Shown here: positions 39,646 to 52,516 of the stretch, piece after piece | Layout of the letters: each line of letters opens with the position of its first letter | How positions within the stretch are numbered: the first letter of the stretch is position 1 | Origin: Felis catus | Taxonomy: Eukaryota | Direction of reading: 5' to 3' | DNA length: 64,000 bases | Assembly: GCF_018350175.1 (NCBI RefSeq) | Contig: NC_058368.1 | Coordinates: forward strand, 110,982,001 to 111,046,000 | Notes under the pieces: model-generated | Told to the model about the DNA's origin: nothing | Database searches by the model: none | The model's input: the letters and a program-made list of their open reading frames with translations, nothing else | Program-made: the position numbers and the translations under genes

Positions 39646-39979
39646 CGGATTTATGCCTGGAGGTAAATACTTAATTGTGGGTATTAAATATGAAAGAGAG
39701 GGCACCTGTCTGGCTCAGTTGGTAGAGCATGCAACCTTTCATCTTGGGGTTCTAAGTTCAAGCCCCATGTTGGGTGTAGAGGTTACTTAAAAATAAGTCA
39801 TAAATAAAATCATAAATAAAATGGAAGAGGGAGGGGATAAAGAGCAGATATATTAAATAAAAGAGGGAAATTAATATGAGAACTTCAGAGCAAAACAACA
39901 TTGCACTAAAGTATTTCTTCAGGGGATATGTGCAAGGCAATCCACGAATATACAAGACCAAAACCCTCAGCGTCCGTCC

Positions 39980-40663
39980 AGAAAAAGAGAATGTGGGTTT
40001 TATTCAGCAGCCTAGGAGACCTTCTAGAGAATCTATAAATCAACTGGCTGCCTGGACCAAGCTGTGGCATCTGGTATCAGTTTTAAAGGCCAGATGCCCT
40101 TTCAGAAGTTGCCTCTTCCCATGAGTTGGCAAGTACTTGAGGCCTACGATTTGACTCTCACTCATCTCTTAAAAAAAGATAAGTGTGTGTAGCAATGGCC
40201 ATAAAGATGGCATAAACTTCAGAAAGAAATAAGGAAATAAAGGCTGGTCTGCCTCAGTGGGGGCGGGGGGGTGGGGTGGGAGGGAACACCATAAAAGAGA
40301 ATCAGACTTGAAGATACATTGTTGAAAAATCCAAATTGTAAAATTCATTACCTACAATTATTACATCAACATAAAAAAAATAGGGATTTTTTAACAAAAA
40401 GTTTGACATTCAAAAAGTAAGAATAAAAAAAGGCATGATTTATAAATCCACAAATATCCATGCACACTTTTAGAATGATAGCTACTGGAAGAATGAGACC
40501 TTTTAAAACTCCAATCTAGACAAGACTATCTATCATTCCAACTGCCTCTTGATTTCCTACAGGTTGAAATACCAGGAATCTTAAGAGAGCTGCTGTGGTC
40601 AATGTCACATTCATCCCAGCCTCCTTCCTAAGCTGATGTTGAAAATGTGATGAATCTTCTGCC
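39980..40663 (-). other. CDKN2AIPNL: CDKN2AIPNL 3'UTR with AATAAA at 40004-39999
   Basis: Plus-strand TTTATT at 39999-40004 is AATAAA on the gene strand, about 660 nt after the stop. Confidence 0.6.
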
Positions 40664-40675
40664 TTAGCTTTGATG
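40664..40675 (-). CDS. CDKN2AIPNL: CDKN2AIPNL exon 3 coding part (HQS-stop)
   Basis: Polypyrimidine tract then CCCCAG|CAT CAA AGC TAA, matching the recalled C-terminus MKKHQS. Confidence 0.88.
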   Translation of the reverse strand, partial: HQS

Positions 40676-43600
40676 CTGGGGGGAAAAAAAGAAAAGATTA
40701 TTGAACTATGTAGTCCAGCCAATCAAATCCATAAATTAAAATACAGCAGTGATACACTATTTATGTACTACCTACGTGGAAAGTACACTCAGAAATTATT
40801 TTACTACATATAGAAAACTCAACAAAACAATGAACATAACCATCCATTTGGAACCTAGAGCCTAATTTTTTCTCTTGTCACTCGTGATCTATAAATGTCA
40901 CAATTAAAAGTGATGAGAAATACTTGAAATATAACTTTTTTCATGGCATGCTCTGCAGTGAAGGGTTCTAAAAGCAGAATCACACAAACACTATTCTAAA
41001 TTAAAATCAGTTGAATCCAGGTAGTAATTCACAAGATTTCACATTGACTCAGGATAGTTAGGAGATGTGAAGGTTATTTATGTATTTCTGGATTTCGCAC
41101 TATTAAAAACTGTAAATGCATGTCTTCAAATAGTAGCAAAATGAAGCAAATATATTCTTTCTGGGTGCTCTCTAGCACCTTTGATAAATTTAAACTTGGC
41201 TTTAGACAACTTTTAAGCTGGGTGTGAAGAAATCATTTTGGCTGTCACCTTGTATTCGGATTTCCTTAACATTCAGCAATGTGAGTGAATCAATCTGAGA
41301 GTCTTTTCAGTAATCAGAGTTTTCAAGGTATGACCTATTTCCTAGCTAAGCCTGTCACTTCAGTCTTTCTGAGCAATGAAAAAGCAAAATTCCTTGGGAA
41401 AAGCAAAATATAAGAAGTCTTCCTCCTGTTAGAAGAATACAACATCACCTAAAGAAACCATCTTTAGTCTGAAGGAAAAGAAAACCCCCTAAGATATCTT
41501 TCAAATTTCCAAAAGGACAGACCAAGACTACAGCAGCACAAGCTTGCCACAGCTTTGGCTGCTGCAAATACGGTCTTTGACATAAGGTGTTAGCACATGA
41601 TTCTCTCATCCCGGGCACCAACCAGGCGACACACTGGCCTGTGGGGTCAGATAAAGCTTTTCTTGCTTTTTCTATTTCTGGTGGATAAAGGGGGAAATGT
41701 AACTCCACTAATCTGACAAGCTGCATTTGTTTTACATTATTTTTTTTTAACGATTTTTTTTTTTTAATGTTTATTTTTGAGAGAGGGAGAGGTGCAAATG
41801 AGAGTGCAGGAGGGGCAGAGAGAGCAAGACAGAGAATCCCAAGCGGGCTCTGCACTGTCCACACAGAGCCCGACATGGGACTCAAACTCACGAGCTAGGA
41901 GATCATGACCTGAGCTGAAATCAAGAGTTAGACACTTCACCAACTGAGCCACTCATGTGCCCCTGCATTTGTTTTAACGCTCACAATTAACTGCTGCCTT
42001 AAAATCACATCTCCTTTCACCAAGGGAGTGGCTGTTCCATTACCTTAGAGCTTGCCAAGACTAGACACAATGCACAGAAAGAACTTCTTGAAATGCAAAC
42101 ACTCTTGTTTTCCTACTTTCTCTTTCACATTTCATATATAGTCACTTTCTATACTGCCATGTTCCTTCTTGGATAAAAATGTTCTCAGGAAAAATGGGCC
42201 AAGAAATTCAGTTGACAAATTCTATGAGCCAATAATGACAGCTTCCTAGTTAATCACTCCTCTTTCTCCTTAAGACCATGGTCTGGAAATATTAACTCTG
42301 ACAGAGTAATAACACCTTTCCTGAGTGAGCTGCTGCTCTTTGTTAAGTATTGCTCACTAATGGATAAAGCTGGTCAACCACAAAGGCTGCTAGTAAGTGG
42401 CCAGGGATGGCTGTTAAATAACAGATTGTTTGCTCAATATATTTGTATTTGAGTCAAAAGAAAAATCATACCCTCCATCTATTTGATATACCAATGCTCA
42501 TTTCTTCTCTGGGACCCAAAGAGTTAAGAGTTGGATAGACTACAGAGATGTATTTGCCTCAAAAGTGCAGAATAACTATAAAATATTTTTAAATCTTAAA
42601 GACATTATATGCTAAATTATCTTCACTGTCCAGTCTCAAGATACCAACAATTCCAGTTGATTCATTTCTTTTTGCTAGCCAGCTTCAAAACCCACCTAAA
42701 TTCTAATTTCAGAGCTTAAGATCTATTCTGGGCAGAACTACAACAGACATTTTCAGGTACATGGCTCAATATCAAGCTTTTTTGGTCTCTGGGCTGGCAT
42801 TATTGTTTAATGTTTGCTAGCCTCTATCACATGCAAACACCTCAGGCAAGAGACAAAAGAACGGCGAAGTCTCCACAACACTTTCCAGGAGCCCCTCAGG
42901 GATATCCTTCAACACCACACAAGTCTGTCACAGCACACACATCAGAAGACTTCTTAGGATCGAAGTATCTACAAGAGTCTTTTTTTTTTTTTAAGTTTAT
43001 TTATTTTGAGAGAAAGCATGAGCAGGGGAGAGGGGGAGAGAATCTCACGCAGACTCTGTGCTGTCAGTGTGGAGCCTGACATGGGGCTCCATTTCACAAA
43101 CTCTGAGATCATGACCTGAGCTAAAATCAAGAGTCAGACGCCTAACCAACTGACATTTTATTTGAAGGAAGCTGAGACACACATACTCTTAAAAACACTC
43201 TAGAAGTATAGGCTCCCCGCAGGCCTCTTCCAGGTGACAACATGAAAATAATTAGTCTGCGGGCAGAGCTGCTTTCAGGGATACTGGGTTCATGCCTGAG
43301 GACTCTTCTCTGGATGTTGACACTATGAAATAACAGTGTCAAAAATGAATATCACAGGGCAGAGGATCCCTACATTTTTGAGGTTCAGGACCCCTTTACA
43401 ATATTAACAGCTTCGAGAGACACCCTGGCACAACACACACACACACAAATTTCTGCACACCAATCTATGGTCATACCAATCAATTACAAAACCTCCTTAG
43501 TCTCTCCTGATCTGCAGCCCAAACACCACGAAGGGTCCTTTTTTGTTTTTTGTTTTGTTTTGTTTTTTGGTCTTTTTAAAGTTTATTTATTATTTTGAGA

Positions 43601-44152
43601 GAGAAAAAGTGCAAGTTGGGGAAGGGCAGAGAGAGAGAGAGAGAGAATCCCAAGCAAGCTCCACACTGTTAGCGCAGAGCCTGATATGGGTGGGGCTCAA
43701 ACCCATGAACCGTGAGATCACGACCCAAGCCGAAGTCCGATGCTTAACTGACTCAGCCACCCAGGTGCTCCTCCATGAATGGTTCTGATCTCTCATAGTC
43801 CAGCATGACTGGAAAGACTATGGTTACATACAAGACAGAGAAGTGTAACAGAAAACTGATGTGAAAAGTCTTTAGGGAGGGCACAATACCTCTTGGAAGC
43901 AAAAAGCAAGGAAAGAATCTGCCACAAGCAGTTAGGAAGTAAAAGCTCATCCTACTCCTCCTGCCTACGCCTCCCCATGGGGTGCACTCAGGCAGCCAGC
44001 AACTATCTAGCTGCTCCATGACTGAGCTCCAGGAACCTTACCACTATGGGACATTGAAGCACTGACTAGAGATTTTGTTAAAGTATTACAGCAGACGATC
44101 CAAAAAGTCAAAAACTTCCAATTCCTGACTTCCAACTTCAGATTAAAAAAGA

Positions 44153-44188
<36 letters not shown>

Positions 44189-45214
44189 TTTTTAGCAAAA
44201 CTATCTGAGTGGGGTATGATGTTTGAGGCTGAAGTACTTTCTGGGAAGCTGAAGTTTTGATTAGTTCCTTGATACCCACATAGAAGGGAACCTCTTTATA
44301 TGCTCTGCCTCCCAAAATAAGACCCAACTGGGGCAAGGCAAGGACTTACCTATGTTTCTGAGGATAGAACTAAAACAGGGGGCATGAGTCTTTCACTCTA
44401 TCGGTTTGGTCAATTTTGTAAGCTTTTTCTGAGCTGCTCTAGGGTAAGCCTATACTAGGTTTTGGAGACAGAAGGACTAAAACTTTAGGCACCATCTCTC
44501 CCCCTGAGAAGCTTACAATCCTCTAAAACAGGCCTGAGTAAAGTGCCAAGGAAACAAACTTTGGGAGAGGGAGCAATTAATTCTACTGCCTAAAAAGGCC
44601 AAGGGAAATGAGAAAAAGCATGTTTGGGGGGGATTTTGAAAAGCAACCGGGATGCCCAGCCCCATCATCTGAGCTGCTTTCTGCCACTCTCCAGGGCCCC
44701 GGCACCAGGACCCAGATACAAGGCTCCACAGGCAACAGCTCACCATATAAAGTGTACAACTTCAAATCAGACTAAGCCCTACAGAACAGGGAACACCTAT
44801 ATGTGAGCATTATTCCATCTACATTCCCATCAGCAAGTCAGAAGGGACAAACAAGTCTGGTTAGACTCTCACCCATTGGGGTAAAAATGTTACCAAAAGA
44901 TTTTTTCAATAAGTGTAAAAAAGCAGCACTCTAGCCAACATTTTCTTAAAAAGTAAGCAAAAAGCTCAAAACAATGTTCATAAAGGAAGTTTGGAGGAGT
45001 GCCTGGCTGGCTCAGTCAGTGGTGCATGTGACCCCTGATCTCAGAGTTGTGAGTTCCAGCCCCGTGTTGGGTGTAGAGATTACCTAAAGATAAAATGTTT
45101 TAAAAAATAAAAAAGTTTAGAGGTTGAGTTTATGTATTACTCCACCAAAAATGTGTAATTTAGTTATCTAGCTGTGAAAAGGTTTATACCAATTACAGAG
45201 AAATGAAAGTGAAA

Positions 45215-45760
45215 AGGCACATAAGTGTCCACAGATAAATGAAGGGATAAAGATTACATGCTATGTATGTATGTATGTATGTATGTATGTATGTATGTAT
45301 GTATGTGAGAAATGGAATACTACTCAGCCATAAAAAAAGATCTTGACATTTGCAACAACATAGGTGAACCTAGAAGGTATTCTGCCAAGTGAAATAAGTC
45401 AGACAGATGAAGACAAATGCTGACAAATGATTTTACTTATATGTGGAATCTTAAAAAAAAATGAACAAATAAAACAAAAAGATTCGCAGACATAGGAAAC
45501 AAACTGATGGTTACCAGATGGCAGGTGGGTACTGAAGTGAAAGGGATTAAGAAGTACAAACTTCCACTTATAAAATGAATAAGTCATGAGGATGTGATGT
45601 ACAGCACAGAGAATAGTCATTAATACTATAAAAGCTTTGTGTGGTGATAGATGGTAACTAGACTTCTCATGGAGATTATTTTATAATGTAAAAAAACATT
45701 ATGATGTACACCTGAAACAAATAGGATATTGTAAGTGAATTATACTTCAGTAACAAATTT
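45215..45760 (+). mobile_element. L1 3'UTR fragment containing a (TATG)n microsatellite
   Basis: ATGGAATACTACTCAGCCATAAAAAA and GTACACCTGAAAC motifs; similar to 10540-11170. Confidence 0.8.
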
Positions 45761-45903
45761 CTATAATTTTTTAATGAAAGGGCTTAAATCCTTGAGGAGT
45801 AAACAAGAACATTCAGAAAACAATATACTCTAACATATATCATCATAAAGGCAGGGTCCATTAACTCTATACCATTTCAAATGCACTGAGAAATCCTGTT
45901 TAC

Positions 45904-46003
45904 CTTTTTCATTAATTCACTTCTGGTAGTAAACTGTGGCAGGTCTTCCACTTCAATCCCATCAGCCATTTCCATCACTTTGTCTAAAAGGTCTTTGTTG
46001 TAA
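45904..46003 (-). CDS. CDKN2AIPNL: CDKN2AIPNL exon 2
   Basis: TGTGCAG|TTACAAC...AAAAAG|GTAAAC; (S)YNKDLLDKVMEMADGIEVEDLPQFTTRSELMKK; 100 nt. Confidence 0.93.
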
Positions 46004-46999
46004 CTGCACAATAAAAAGTAGTAAGATAAAAACCCTGGAGGAATTACTTGTCACTGTGGACTAATAAGAAATTGCAAGTAGCTGGACTGTGAACTCGACT
46101 CTTAGAGCTCTGATGTGATACTACAGGAAAGGGACACATGTTCAACAGTAAATTTGGAAACAGTTCTTCCGGCTTGTGGACTCAGAAGTGGCTCTAGGAA
46201 TGCCAATAGAGCAATCGTTTCAAGACTTCCAAACCAAAAAAGGATTTACGAAAATAGACGCACTATACATCTGGCAGTACATATGCATGGATACAGTATG
46301 AGGACCAAATTTTATTTTTTAAACACATGGAATTCTGGTCTAATGTAATCATTATTTGTTCATTTGTCCAATTTTCTGACATTTACCTAATCTTGGAACC
46401 CATTACCCAGGATTTCCCAGGAGCACCTAGAAAATAGAGAAAAAGCCTTTGGCACTGCTTCTTCAAATCCTGTTCTAATAAGCCCCAACATCTGAAAGCA
46501 AAACCAAGTGGCTAGGGGTTGGAGGGGCCATGTGACCAGAGTCAGACATCCATAAGGTGCACAGAAAGCAGGACTAAGCCGAGTCCTCTTATTATCCTAA
46601 CAATTTCAGGACGCTAAAATAAAAGGATGTGGAGCTTCAAGATTTGACACCTTCTTCAATGAGAGGGTACAGGCACTTCAAAAGCAGTCTCTTGAAGGCA
46701 TCTGTTATTTTTATATCTGTAAAGGCAGAGAGGCAATGGCTGGCTCTTGCTAAGGGTCCAACAGAGGGGAGAGTGGGGAGAAAAAGCCAAAGGCCACAAA
46801 TTACATCCTGCCATAATTGGTAAAATCTACTAATCCTGTCAAAAACCATCGGGCCCTCTCTCAGCTACTTCATATGTAAATTGGAGACCTCAGTTTCTGT
46901 CTCTGCACGTTTGCCACGTGGGTGGAAGGAGCCAAGGCACTTAAAAATGTACTTGGCAAAGATGATAGTTTAAATTAATAGTAATAATACACATAACAA

Positions 47000-47135
47000 T
47001 GGCATTTTAGAGCTCACCAAGCAGCCTGTGCTAGGTGCTTTTTTTTAGTCTTTAACATTGCAGTCATCACAACTCACTTTCCAAATGAGAAAACTGAGGC
47101 TCAGAGGTTAAATACCTTTCCAAAAGGGCAGACTA
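47000..47135. mobile_element. MIR fragment
   Basis: CAAATGAGAAAACTGAGGCTCAGAGGTTAAATACCTTTCCAA core. Confidence 0.7.
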
Positions 47136-47149
47136 ACGTGGTCAACAGC

Positions 47150-47830
47150 CACAGGTTAGAGCGCCAGGAGGTTGGGGGCGGGGTCAGCACTGGCAGGGGG
47201 GCTCAGCCCAAGGGGAGGGCTGCAAGTCTGAAGGCAGGGGACAGGGTCAGCCAGCCCGCAGGGGTCCGCACCTGCAACCCAGGAAGAGGTGGTTGGCCCA
47301 CACCATGGAGAGGGACAGCAGCTGGTCCAGGCGGCCACCGCCATCTGGCGGGTCGCGGTAGTCGGGCAAGTGGCGCAGAATGAATTCCATGCGAGCCTTC
47401 CATTGCTTCTCGCTCTCCGAGTAGGAGCGGAACTGCTCCGCGAAGTCAGCCGCCTGCCGCACCCCGAAACCAGCTCCGCCACCGCGGCAGCCGCCTCGCC
47501 ACCGACCATGGCGCCCTCCGCCGCCGAGGGCCGCACCCGCCCGCCGCCTTCCCGACTCGCACCGCGCCACTTCCCGGCGGCTAGAGCGGCCCTAGAGGCG
47601 CGCGACTGCTAGGGACGACCGGCCTGGAGCGCCCTCGCCGGGAGCGGCGGCCTCACCGGCCCCGGCCCCGGCCCCGGCCCCTCAGACCTCCGCAGTCCCA
47701 GGCGCCTGGCGTGCGTCCACCCAGGAGTCGCAGGGGCTGTTCTCAGTCGACCCGCGGGGAACCGGTAGGGAAATGGAGGCCCCAAGCACAGAGACGGAGT
47801 GCCCCTCTCCCATTCGGCAGCTCGGTACCA
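47150..47830 (-). promoter_or_regulatory. CDKN2AIPNL: CDKN2AIPNL CpG-island promoter
   Basis: Very GC/CpG-rich. ETS/GABP-like CCGGGAAGTG near 47567-47577 and (GGGGCC)4 at 47658-47681. Confidence 0.8.
47272..47509 (-). CDS. CDKN2AIPNL: CDKN2A-interacting protein N-terminal-like (XTBD domain) exon 1, frameshifted in this sequence
   Basis: ATG at 47509 gives MVGGEAAAAVAELVSG. The homologous continuation VRQAADFAEQFRSYSESEKQWKARMEFILRHLPDYRDPPDGGGRLDQLLSLSMVWANHLFLGC lies in a different frame. Donor CAG|GTGCGG. Confidence 0.9.
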
Positions 47831-47989
47831 GCCACAGCTGTGCTGTGTCCTTGCCCTGGGGCTTTCCCCGGCACCCAGCCCTCAGATGGATGCTCTCAGT
47901 TCTGAGGGCTTATATGTGTAGCTACTTAGGGTCTTTGATTAATTCCCAAAGGTCTCGACACCCATTCAGGTTGTGGCCCACCTTCCCGG

Positions 47990-48500
47990 AGCCAGCTACC
48001 CAGCCAATTAAATACCTGCCAGGCCTTTTGCTAGATGCTGGGGATGCAAGAGAGCAAACTCAAAGCCCTGCTTTAATGAACTTTGCTGTCTGCTGGGGGA
48101 GGCAAACGTGAGTGAAATAATTGCTTAAGTGAAAATATTCAACGTTGGCAGATGTTCATAAGAAGGCCCAGAGTGTTAGGAGCATGAATAAGCAAGGGAC
48201 CTGATCCAGACATGAGTATCCAGGAAGTGATACAGGAGAGCAGAGAGATGAACAGGAGTTAACCACGTAAAGAGACATAGGCCATGGTAAGACCCAGTCT
48301 GGCCTGGTAAGAACAGGCCAAGATCTGTGTGACAGGGTTCTACAGTGGGGGACAGTGAAGGAGATGAGGCAGCAAAGATCAGCAAAAATAGCTGGCCATG
48401 GTAGGGACTGTGGTCTAGTTCCTAAGAGGAATGGGGAGCCTCTGAAGGATTTTAACCAGAGCAGTGACACCTCTGTTTCCAAAAGATGTTGGAAACAGAT
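47990..48500. mobile_element. L2 fragment
   Basis: AATGGGGAGCCTCTGAAGGATTTTAACCAGAGCAGTGAC is typical of the L2 3' region. Confidence 0.6.
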
Positions 48501-49064
48501 GTTGGAAAGAATTGGAATGGATGTGTCCACAGGAGCTGAGCAGGTGAACTAGCATAACTCTGGTGTCTGTTCAGGTGTCAGGTAGCAGATCCACTGAGAG
48601 AAGAGCTTACTTGTAAGTAGTGAATTTCCTTTTCCTGGAAGCATTCAAGCACAGCACTTGGGAAATCACTTGAGCCCCCTTCAGCCTTGAGAGATTATTG
48701 ACCTAAGAGGATTCCCCATCATCCCTTATCATTTGGTACAGAGGTACAGAGCTGGGCCGAGAATCCAGGATCCAGGGCTACAGAGTAGGGTCCAAAGGCA
48801 GAGCCATCTGTGATGTCTGCTGCTTCTGCAGTTTCTGGTGGGATGTTAGGACCCCAGCAGGCAGAAACCTCCACACAAAATGGAAATACCAGGCAGTCTA
48901 ATGAGGACATTGTGTTCACAAACCCAGTACCAGGCTCAGTGAACTCTCATTATAGTTAACAATAGGGAGACATAGTACTCTCACCCCCTCAAGCAGGGAG
49001 AATGTGAACAAGGGTGTAAAACCAAGACGGTCTCAGCTTCTCCACAGCAGTCAGGAATAGGTGC

Positions 49065-49215
49065 CCACAGCCAGGACTCTCAAAATTGAGTGCAAATCAC
49101 ATCTCCTGAGGGGCTTGTTGAAATAGCAGATTCCCAGGCCTCTCGCTGGATGCTCAGAATCAAGGCTCCAGGTAGTTGATTCCATCTGGCGCTGAGCAAA
49201 CTTTGAAAAACATTG
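49065..49215. mobile_element. MER5A-like hAT MITE
   Basis: CTCAAAATTGAGTGCAAATCACATCTCCTGAGGGCTTGTTGAAATAGCAGATTCCCAGG...CTTTGAAAAACATTG. Confidence 0.55.
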
Positions 49216-51271
49216 ATCAGACTTCTCTGAACCAACTTCTTGGTCACCTGATAGACAGTTGAGAGGCTGGCCCAAAAATTAGAACCCAAGTTTTGTTATC
49301 AGCGGCTGTAGCTCCACAGCTAACTTGGCTACTGGGGTGGGGAAAAGCTAAGGGGTCCTCCAGCAACTAGCTTATTTAGCATTATTTTTGATAATGAGTC
49401 ATATACATATATGTATATATACCTACATACAAATATATTCATACATGCATGCAAATCGGAAGAACCCAAATGTATACAAATAGGTATTATAAAAATAACA
49501 TGATATTGTTACATTATTCTTTCAAAATGTGAAGTCTAAAAATGTTGGTATTAACATTTTATAGGACGCTTTGGTCTTGTAAATTATTGCCAAGTTTATT
49601 ATTTCTTTTTTCCCCCCAGTTTATTATTTCCAACTTGTTTTTATGATTCAGATTTCCTCAGAGTGGAGTACTTACTTATATAGACAAGGATCAATTTTCC
49701 TACCTCATCTTTTTTTTTTTAATCTTTATTGAGATATATTTCACATACCAGAAAGTTTCACCCATTTATAGTATACAATCCAATGGTTTAGTATATTCAC
49801 AGATTTGTGCAACTAATCAACACAAACTGAACACAGAACATTTTTGTCACCCCAAAAGAAACCACATATCCATTAGCACTTGTTACCCACTCCCTCCAGC
49901 ACCTGCCAACCACAAATCTACTTTTTGTCTCTATGGATTTCCTGTTCTGAACATGTAACATAAGTGAATCATGCAATATGTGATTTTTTGTGACTAGCTT
50001 TCACTTGTATAATGTTTTCAAGGCTCATCCATGTTGTACCGTGTTACAGTTCTTCATTCCTTCTTATGGCTGAAAAACACTACATCATATGGATATGCCT
50101 CATTCTCTTTATCCATTCATCATTTGATGGACATCTGGGTTATTCTTACATTTCGGCTATTATGAATAATGCTGCTATGAACATTCATGTACAAGTTTTT
50201 GTGTGGACATACATTTTCAGTTTTCTTGATGATATAGTGGATTGCTGTGTCTAACTTTTTGAAGAGCCGACAGATTGTTCTCCACCATGTCTGCACCATT
50301 CTCCATACTCACCAGCATTGTATGACTTCACTTACTATTTTCCCTTTCTTTTATTACAGTCATCTCAGTGTGTACAAAGATGGATCTCATTGTGGTTTTT
50401 TATTTCCCTAAGAACTAATTATGTTGAGCATCTTTCATGTGCTTATTGGCCACTTGCACATCTTTGGAGAAATGTCTACTCACATTCCTTGCCATTTTAG
50501 AAAAGAGAGATACTTTTTTTTGGTTTTTGTTCTATTTATTTAATTTTAATGTTTATTTATTTATTTTGAGAGAGAGAGCTCCCACATGTGAGCATGCGCA
50601 GGGGCGAAGCATAAATAGAGAGAGATAGAGAATCCCAAGCAGGCTTCGCACTGTGAGCACAAAGCCCAGTGTGGGGCTCGAACTCATGAACCAGGGCTCA
50701 AACTCACAAACCATGAGAATCATGATCTGAGCGGAAACCAAGAGTCAGATGCTTAACCGTGTAACTGACTGAGCCACACAGGCACCCCAGAGACTGTATT
50801 TTAGAACATGTTTAGATTTACAGAAAAATTGAACAGAAAGTGCAGTATCCATCTCCTTTTCTCCTCTCCCTCCAGCTTCCTGCACTATCAACATCTAGCA
50901 CCAGAGTGGTACATTTTTTACACTGACACGTCATTATCATCCAAAGTCCATAGTTTACATTAAGGTTCACTCTTGGTGTAATACGTTCTATAGATTTTGA
51001 TGAATGTGTAATGATGTGAATCCACCTTTATAGTAACACAGAATAGTTTTGCTGCCCTAAAAATCCTGGCTTTTGAAGAGCAAGAGTTTTATATTTTGAT
51101 GAAATACATTTTTTTTTTTTTTCTGAGTCACACTTTTGGTCCTTTCTAAGAAAACTTTGACTCACCCAATGACATGAAGATTTTCTGTTCTCTTCTGGAA
51201 GTTTTATGGTTTTACGTTTAGATATATGATTCATTTCAAATTAATTTTTGCATATGATGCAAGGTATGGAT

Positions 51272-51792
51272 TGTCAAGATGATAAAGGGTATGAAATTTT
51301 ACCCCACTTGGAAGGTAACAAGTTACTGTGGCCCATTTTCAATGGCTGCTGGAAAAAGATCTAAGACTCCTATGATAGAGACAAAGAACTTGATGACTCA
51401 CAGCATAGGGAGCAGCGTGGGCTTCAAGTTGATGTTGGTTCCCTTGTCCATAAGTCCCACGGTGGGCTATGCCAAGGGGCCGGGTGGAGAAAGTACAGAG
51501 TACGCACAGTGGGTTTGTGTCACAGCTGAGGAACCCTAAGCTTAGGGAACAGCAATCTTTTATAAAGGACTGCAAGCAAACCTGCCCAACCTTTGACCCA
51601 GAACAATACATTATCTTTTTTTATCTGGACAGTAAACAAACTTGCCCTTTACTCTGAAGGTGGACACTATCTCTAAGCTGTTTCATGGACAAACATCCTT
51701 GAAAAGACAGTCTAGAACAAAAGGGCAGTTAGTGTCTAACTCTTAAAATGTGCAGATACATGAGAGACCCACTGAGAAATTGTTTCCCAACA
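51272..51792 (-). mobile_element. Solo LTR, ERVL LTR40-like
   Basis: Minus strand starts TGTTGGGAAACAA and ends CTTGACA (TG...CA), with an internal TATAAAAG; it interrupts the L1. Family assigned from memory. Confidence 0.6.
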
Positions 51793-52007
51793 TAGGTTGA
51801 GATTTTTTTTTTTTTGGCTGTGTGGTCACCTAATTGGTCCAGTACAATTTGTTGAAAAGACTATCTTTTTTCCATTCAATTACCTTGATATCCTTGTCAA
51901 AAATCAATTGACCATATTTATGTGAGTCTATTTCTGGACTCTATTCTGTGTCATTGATCTATGTGTCTGTCTTTTTACCAATACTGTACGGTCTTGATTA
52001 GTGTGAC

Positions 52008-52185
52008 TCAGAGTTAGCAAAGTTCTTCTGTAAAGGGGGGCTGCATATAACTCCTGTTGCATACTTTACTTTGTTTCTTTTTCCAACTATTTAAAAATGT
52101 AAAAGGCATTTTTAGCTTGTAGGCCTTACAAAAACAGACTGCAGGCTAGATTGTGCCCATGGGCAATAATGTGCCAACTCCTGCT
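52008..52185. mobile_element. MER58-like hAT MITE
   Basis: Termini CAGAGTTAGCAAAGTTCTTCTGTAAAGGG and TGTGCCAACTCCTG are imperfect inverted repeats. Confidence 0.6.
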
Positions 52186-52462
52186 ATAGCTTTATAGTAA
52201 GTCTTTTTTCTATTAATTTTTTTTTATGTTTATTCATTTTTGATAGTGTGCGCATGGGGGAGGGGCAGAGAGAGAGACACAGAATCCAAAGCAGGCTCCA
52301 GGCTCTGAGCTCTTAGCACAGAGCCCAACGCAAGATCATGACCTGAGCCAAAGTCAGACACTTAACTGACTGAGCCACTTGGACGCCCCTTATATTAAGT
52401 CTTAAGATCAAATTGTTTCAGTTCTCCAACAGTGTTCTTCTCCAAAATTGTTTTGGCTACTT

Positions 52463-52516
<54 letters not shown>

